From assembly GCA_965644315.1 (NCBI GenBank), contig CBFFRQ010000198.1:448-64447 (forward strand): a stretch of DNA of 64,000 bases. The letters are read 5' to 3'. The notes under the pieces are model-generated. The model did no database searches. It was not told the origin of the DNA and saw nothing but the letters and a program-made list of their open reading frames with translations. Source of the stretch: Caecitellus pseudoparvulus. Lineage: Eukaryota; Protista; Bigyra: Bicosoecida. The first letter of the stretch is position 1. Each line of letters opens with the position of its first letter. A program made the position numbers and the translations under genes. Positions 58,609 to 64,000 of the stretch are shown here, in pieces.

Positions 58609-60486
58609 TCACGGCGGCACCTCGTCGTCATCCCCGCTGGCTGACTGGTCATCGTCCATGTCCATGGGCCCACCTTCGTCAGGCAGGTCGCCGCCAGAGA
58701 CGAAGGCGGCTGTGGGCCCAGGCGGCACGCCCTCGTCGTCGTCGTGCTTGGAGTATCGCGATGTGCCTGCCGTGCGAGCCTTGGTGCGGCCTGTCGTCTT
58801 GGCTGTGGTGGGGGCCGGCACACCTGCAAACACGGCATCCAAGGCTGCCTGGGTGGTGTCCAGCGCCTCGCCCTCATGTGGCGCGTCCGGCACGACGCCA
58901 GATGGGAAGGCCCTCATCAAGGCTTCCTCTGCCAGGGTGTGCTGGAACTCGGAGGGGGCATCCTCGCCGCTAGGGGCACTCATGCCAGCAACCCGCTGCA
59001 GCGGCGCCAGCGCAGTGCCCTTCACCCACGCCTTCACGCGCGCCTGCAGCATGTTGTTGCCGTCCACCGAGTTCAGCAGGGCTGTCAGGCCCTCCATGGC
59101 CACGCCTCCAGCGCCATTTGCGTTCGAAGTGCGCAGGGCACGCAGCAGCGCCACGAGCAGCAGGTTGTGGCCGTTGGCATCCATCACTTTGGTGGCGATG
59201 TCGCCGGGGCAGGAGTCGAAGAGGTTCGAGACGGCCCAGGCGGCTTCCTTGGCCACGTCGCCATGCGTGCTGTTTAGCGCCTCGTACATGCCCGGCACGA
59301 ACCAGTCGCACGAGATGACTGCGTCCTTCTGTGCTGCCACGCCGGCGGTGATGTTGGACAGCGCCCAACACGTCTCCTTCTGTACTACGCGCCGCATCTG
59401 CAGGAGGGACGGGGCGATGGGCAAGAATCCCGCCTCCAGCACAGCGTCTGTGTCAGCTGCAGAGCCAGTCACCAAGTTCCCCACAGTGCGTAGAGCAGGC
59501 AAGTGCACGTTCTTGCTGGGGCTCTGGAGCAGGTTCACGATGGCGGGAATGACACCGGGAGCGGCGCCTGCTGGCTCAGACAGGCCCCGGAAGAACTCCA
59601 GGCGCGCGTCCTCGCCACTGGTCATGTACGACAGCCCCCACAGCGCATCCACCAGCAACTCCTGGTCACCGCCTGAGCAAGCCCAGGCGGCACCCGGCGC
59701 GTTGCCTGTCGCGTCCAGCACGATGCGTGCGAGGGCGGTCATGGCCAGCTGCACTCGGTCGTCAAAGGGCGGCGATGGTTTGCCTCGCACCATGTTGCTG
59801 ATGGTCCATGCTGCGTTTCGCATGTACGACAGGGGGGGTGCCGGCACTTCCTCTGGCCACGCCCCCTGCGGCAGCGTGCGCACAGCCGCCTGCAGGGCGC
59901 CACAGCCCAGCACGGCGTCACGCGCCTGGGACGAGTCCCCTGCGATGTTGCCCAGCCCCCACATTGCCTGCTCCTTCAAATTCATGTCGTCCGTGGAGGT
60001 GAGAGCGGCAACGAACTTGACGTGGGCGCCGCACTGCATGACAGCCGCGCAGTGGTGTGAGTCCCCGCTGGCGATATTGGTCACGGCCCACGCCGCCTCG
60101 AAGCGGATGGCGGGTGTGATGTACTCGGTGATGAAGTCACACAGCGCAGCCACGACATCTCCGCGTGAGCACACCAGGTCCACGGCGGGGTTGGACTCAA
60201 CGCTCAAGATGCCACGCAGGTACTTCACAGCCTCCACTAGGGCCCCTGGCTCATCGCTGGTCAAAATTGTGTCGCATGCGTTGTTGAATTTCGTAGCCTG
60301 GGGCGTGGGGGGGCAGCAGGGCCTACATGTGAGGTTTGCGCCAGCAGGCTCAATGTCCGCACGCTGCACGTTGGCACGCACATCGACGCCAGGGGGAATG
60401 GCAGAGGAGAAAGTGTGGCCTCCCGCAGACGGAAGCTGTGAGATGGACTCAAAGCCACTGGTGCCCTGGGCCTTCGAGCTGCTCAT
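58609..60486 (-). CDS. Importin-alpha-like ARM-repeat protein lacking the IBB domain
   Basis: FEAAWAVTNIASG, EQAMWGLGNIAGDS, RNAAWTISN, PALRTVGNLVTG, KETCWALSNITAG, KEAAWAVSN; probable in-frame 84-nt intron at 60381-60298. Confidence 0.9.
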   Translation of the reverse strand: MSSSKAQGTSGFESISQLPSAGGHTFSSAIPPGVDVRANVQRADIEPAGANLTCRPCCPPTPQATKFNNACDTILTSDEPGALVEAVKYLRGILSVESNPAVDLVCSRGDVVAALCDFITEYITPAIRFEAAWAVTNIASGDSHHCAAVMQCGAHVKFVAALTSTDDMNLKEQAMWGLGNIAGDSSQARDAVLGCGALQAAVRTLPQGAWPEEVPAPPLSYMRNAAWTISNMVRGKPSPPFDDRVQLAMTALARIVLDATGNAPGAAWACSGGDQELLVDALWGLSYMTSGEDARLEFFRGLSEPAGAAPGVIPAIVNLLQSPSKNVHLPALRTVGNLVTGSAADTDAVLEAGFLPIAPSLLQMRRVVQKETCWALSNITAGVAAQKDAVISCDWFVPGMYEALNSTHGDVAKEAAWAVSNLFDSCPGDIATKVMDANGHNLLLVALLRALRTSNANGAGGVAMEGLTALLNSVDGNNMLQARVKAWVKGTALAPLQRVAGMSAPSGEDAPSEFQHTLAEEALMRAFPSGVVPDAPHEGEALDTTQAALDAVFAGVPAPTTAKTTGRTKARTAGTSRYSKHDDDEGVPPGPTAAFVSGGDLPDEGGPMDMDDDQSASGDDDEVPP

Positions 60487-60729
60487 GGCGGCAGCGGGCT
60501 GTTCGCCGAGGCAATGCGCCGATCAACACGCCAACGGAAGCGGCCTACACGAGGGTAGAGGGTGGTGGAGCACACACAGGGGTGGAGCCCAGAGCCGCTC
60601 AGCCGCGTGCATGACACTGTTGATTGTGTGGTTTTGTCATGCGAGGGTGCATTGTCCTCGCTTCTCCGGCACCTGCCCCTCCAAACGGAGCTGGTTGTGG
60701 CCCAAACGCCCCACACTCTGCCACGCCGC

Positions 60730-63197
60730 TCACCGGCCTCCGAAGTGTGAGGGGTCCTTTGTGGCCCCCCACACATCGTAGTTGGTGACAACGAACAGGG
60801 CCAAACCAGTGATGGCCAGCAGCGGTCCGTGAATGCACAGCAGGCGGAAGGCCACGCGCAGCGGCAGCCATGGTGGCAACTCCGCCGCCGACCCGCCCTG
60901 CACACCTTCTTCCCCCTCCTCGCCATCTTCCATGTCCAAGAACAGGTCCAGCTCACTGGCAGGCAGTGGCTCCAGGGCTGCGCCAGAGGACGAGTCGCCC
61001 TCCTCCGCCCCTCCACCCGCCAGCTCCATCACTGCAGACATGGCGTCATCGTCACCCCCCTCCGCGCCAGACCCAGCCGAGGTCACGGGCTGTGGCTTGA
61101 GCAGGGCGGCTTGGAGCCGTGCCAGGCGGCGCTTGCGTGCCAGGCGCTGCGCCATCCAGTCCGCCACATCCGCCTTGCTCAGCTGCAGCAGCTGCCGGAT
61201 GGCGGGGAAACGCAGGGCTTCGTACAGCAGCCCCATGCTGGCCAGCGTCGCAATGGCGGCGATGATCAGGGTCATGTTGTTGGCTAGGGTGGTGTTGTCG
61301 GTCGACTTGGACAGGAGGATGCCGACGGCTGTGAAGCCCATGATGGTGCTGGCGGCCCACAGCGCCGCGGCCAGGGCGTACTTCCCGAAGAACCGCCAGC
61401 GCCACCCAGCCGCCATCATGCGCAGGTCACGGTAGGAAAAGTACAGCTGCAGGCCACTGAGGTCTTCAGGCGTGGAGCTGATGTCACCGTCGCCCTCCTC
61501 CGCGGCCACGGGGTCGACAGCGCCTTGGCCTTGCAGCAGCGCCTCGGCCAAGTCGCCGTCTTCCACCTCCTTGTCCTCCACGCCTTGCGCCTTGCGCAGG
61601 CGCTTGGCCAGCTCGACGACGCGCTTGTTCACGGAGCGGGTCAGCTTGTAGGGCATGACAATGAGCATGACGCCCAGCGCCACCACCCCCGGCACAAATG
61701 CCGTGATGCCCTTGATCACCCACAGCGTGCTGTCGTTTTGGGCATGCAGGTGGTTCTTCAGGTCCCCTGGCCCACCCACAAAGCCAGCAGCGTACAGGGC
61801 CATGAGGGGAATGGAACTGCCCATGGTGCCCACCACCATGCCTGGGATGGCTGTGAGGCTGGTGTACACGCTCTCACGCCGCTGGCCAGTCAGCACCTCA
61901 TCTAGGTCCACGCAGTCAGACACCATGACGTTGGCGGTGAAGCCGAATATGCCAATTCCATACCCGAAGAAGAATGCGCTCACAAAGAACAGCACAGGGC
62001 TCTTGATCATATACGCGATGAAGGTAAGGGGTGTCCACAGCATGATGATGGCGCAGCCGCCCAACACGACAGTGCGCCGTTCAAAGCGCAGCATGAGCCA
62101 CGTGGAGCTGAGAATGGACAGCAACTGTGCCACCATGAATACGATAACCACGATCGACATGTATGCCGCACCATCCACTTCCAGTACGTAGTTCAGGGCG
62201 TACACAATCAGCGGCGTGATCTCATTCAGCAGGGAAGAGGCCAGCAACACCGCCATCATGCGCAGCCACTGTCCGTTCTCAGCACATGTACGCACGGCCG
62301 GGATGATGGCTTGGTGGCTGCGCCCAACGTACGCTGCGCTCTCCTTTACAAACAGCCCCACGGCGATGTACGCCAGTGCCCCCGCCGCTCCGCTTGAGTA
62401 TCCGATCCACTTGAACGCTTCGGCGTCCCCAAGGGCAGCTTGCAATGCACCAGACAGCACAGCTGCAAGAACAGTCCCAAGAGCACCACAAATGCCAATG
62501 ATAGCGAAGAGCAAAGAACGCCTGTTGGGGTCTTGCGTCAGCTCCACAGCCCACGCGCTGTAAGGCACTGACACCACTTCCCCCAACCCATTCGTGATGA
62601 TGAGAAACACAAACAACCATGTTTTGGCAGCAGCAACATCATGAGGTGGTGCCAGCAGCAGTCCACCCGCAACGGCCAGCAGCGGCCCTCCCAGCATCAC
62701 CCACGGTCGCCTGAGCATGGATGATCGCGGATTCCGTGCGCGCTGGGAAGTTGACCGGAAAGACTCACGCAGCAGCAAGCCTCACGCACCGGCGGCCTGA
62801 AATGCACAGAAAGCGGCTCATGTTGTCACTCAGGTACCCCACAGCTCCCTGAATATACATCACAACAATACCTGCACGTTTTCAATGCTGGAAGTGCGCG
62901 CAAAGCTGGCTCATTGCGGTTGCCCTTGGTGGCAAATCTGGCAAGCAGCACCCCCCACAGCAGGCACTCACCGGCGAAAAAGCGGGCCAAAGCAATGTCA
63001 AAGAGGCTCACGCCGACCGTGTTTGCGTAGAAAACAGCGAGCAGCGTTCCGCTAACGTAGCCCATCAGGTCAGAAGGGATGGCGGGGGAGACGAAGGCCA
63101 GCATCCGCCAAAGGGGAAGCTTGGCAGCTGCCTCATCGTCGCCGACACTGCCAGGGGCACAGCAGCCGCAAAGGCTGCCTCCACGAGATCCACCCAT
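60730..63197 (-). CDS. MFS transporter, GPH/MelB-like (MFS_2); exons 63197-62972, 62871-62790, 62710-60730
   Basis: Two GT-AG introns restore GYLSD...GRRRPW; also VPYSAW..ELT.D..RR and DCVDLDE..TGQRRE motifs; 12+ TM segments. Confidence 0.88.
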
Positions 63198-63758
63198 GGT
63201 AACACAGGTTGAGGTCAAATGGAGCCACGTGGGAGGTTCAGAAATGTGTTGGTTTGCACCTTGTGATTTGGGATTTGCCTAACCCGCCCAGTGTCCGGCG
63301 CTGGATGCGAGTGCTGGAAGGGCGCTCAATTTCCGCAATTCAACCGATGTCCTGAACCACGCTGTGCAGCTTCATGCGGAGTCAGGGAGCGACAAGACGA
63401 TGTCAGAATGCCCCACACACGGTTCAACATAGGGAATCAATCTATTTCACGCGATTTTGTCTCAGATTTTTGCGTGACGAGGCGCGTGTTACTCTGCTGG
63501 TGCTGGCTCTTGTGTGTGGAGCCGGACTTGCCCGGCCAGGGGGCAGAGCAAAGTTTAGCACCTCCCTTTGACGTGGAGACAGGTGCAAATGAGCTCAAAG
63601 GCAATGTCAGTACACTCACTGTAGCGCCACTAAAAGCGATGCACTGCATTGTGGGGGGCAGGGCTACGCACGCCACGGCTGCTGGCGTGCGGAACTTGCA
63701 CTGATTCCCAGAGATTTCAAACATCTGTCAGCGTAGCTGAGAACGGCCACAGCCATGC

Positions 63759-64000
63759 TCACTCGCCACCCTGATGGGCAGCAGAGGAATCTGAGTCCTC
63801 CTCGATGAAGCCGAAGGCGTCGATGGCGTGTCGACGCCCGGTCTCCACCACCTCGTCGCTTTCGCTGCCACTGCCGCCCATCATGAAGCGGCTCATGGAC
63901 ACGTGGGACGCCGCCTGCCAGCCAACTGCACCAGAGTCTGCTGCAGCAGGGGCCTCCTCATCCGAGGATGCCGTGTCGTCTGACGAGGACGACACCATGT
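63759..64000 (-). CDS. Possible exon of a further host gene, cut by window edge
   Basis: Acidic/Ser-rich coding-like frame ending near a GTGAGC donor-like site; identity unknown. Confidence 0.3.
   Translation of the reverse strand, partial: MVSSSSDDTASSDEEAPAAADSGAVGWQAASHVSMSRFMMGGSGSESDEVVETGRRHAIDAFGFIEEDSDSSAAHQGGE

Noticed and set aside
58397-60781. 794-aa + strand ORF
   Set aside because: Antisense to the clearly recognisable importin-alpha gene.

Overview
The window has two sharply different compartments. (1) About 1-20250 is very AT-rich (roughly 25-30% GC by eye), intron-less, gene-dense DNA: the right-hand ~20 kb of an endogenous virophage (Lavidaviridae/Maveriviricetes-like), cut off by the window start. 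It carries all four virophage morphogenesis genes (packaging ATPase, adenain-like cysteine protease, penton, major capsid protein), plus an SF3 helicase, a short pPolB-like polymerase, a retroviral-type integrase with a chromodomain, a fibre-like protein, GIY-YIG and PD-(D/E)XK nucleases, and a permuted-papain/nucleotidyltransferase fusion. Most of its genes have a TCTA motif 10-17 nt upstream of the ATG, and many have AT-rich 3' hairpins. Several genes are broken by clustered frameshifts, which may be sequencing error. (2) About 20250-64000 is GC-rich (roughly 60-65%) eukaryotic host DNA with short GT-AG introns, probably from a protist. It holds a degenerate flank (hairpins, ankyrin pseudogenes), a ~9875-aa membrane protein gene with a 29.3-kb exon (six SPRY domains, WD40-like region, EF-hands), an importin-alpha paralogue without an IBB domain, and a GPH/MFS transporter. 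All family calls come from motif recognition by eye; no database searches were run.
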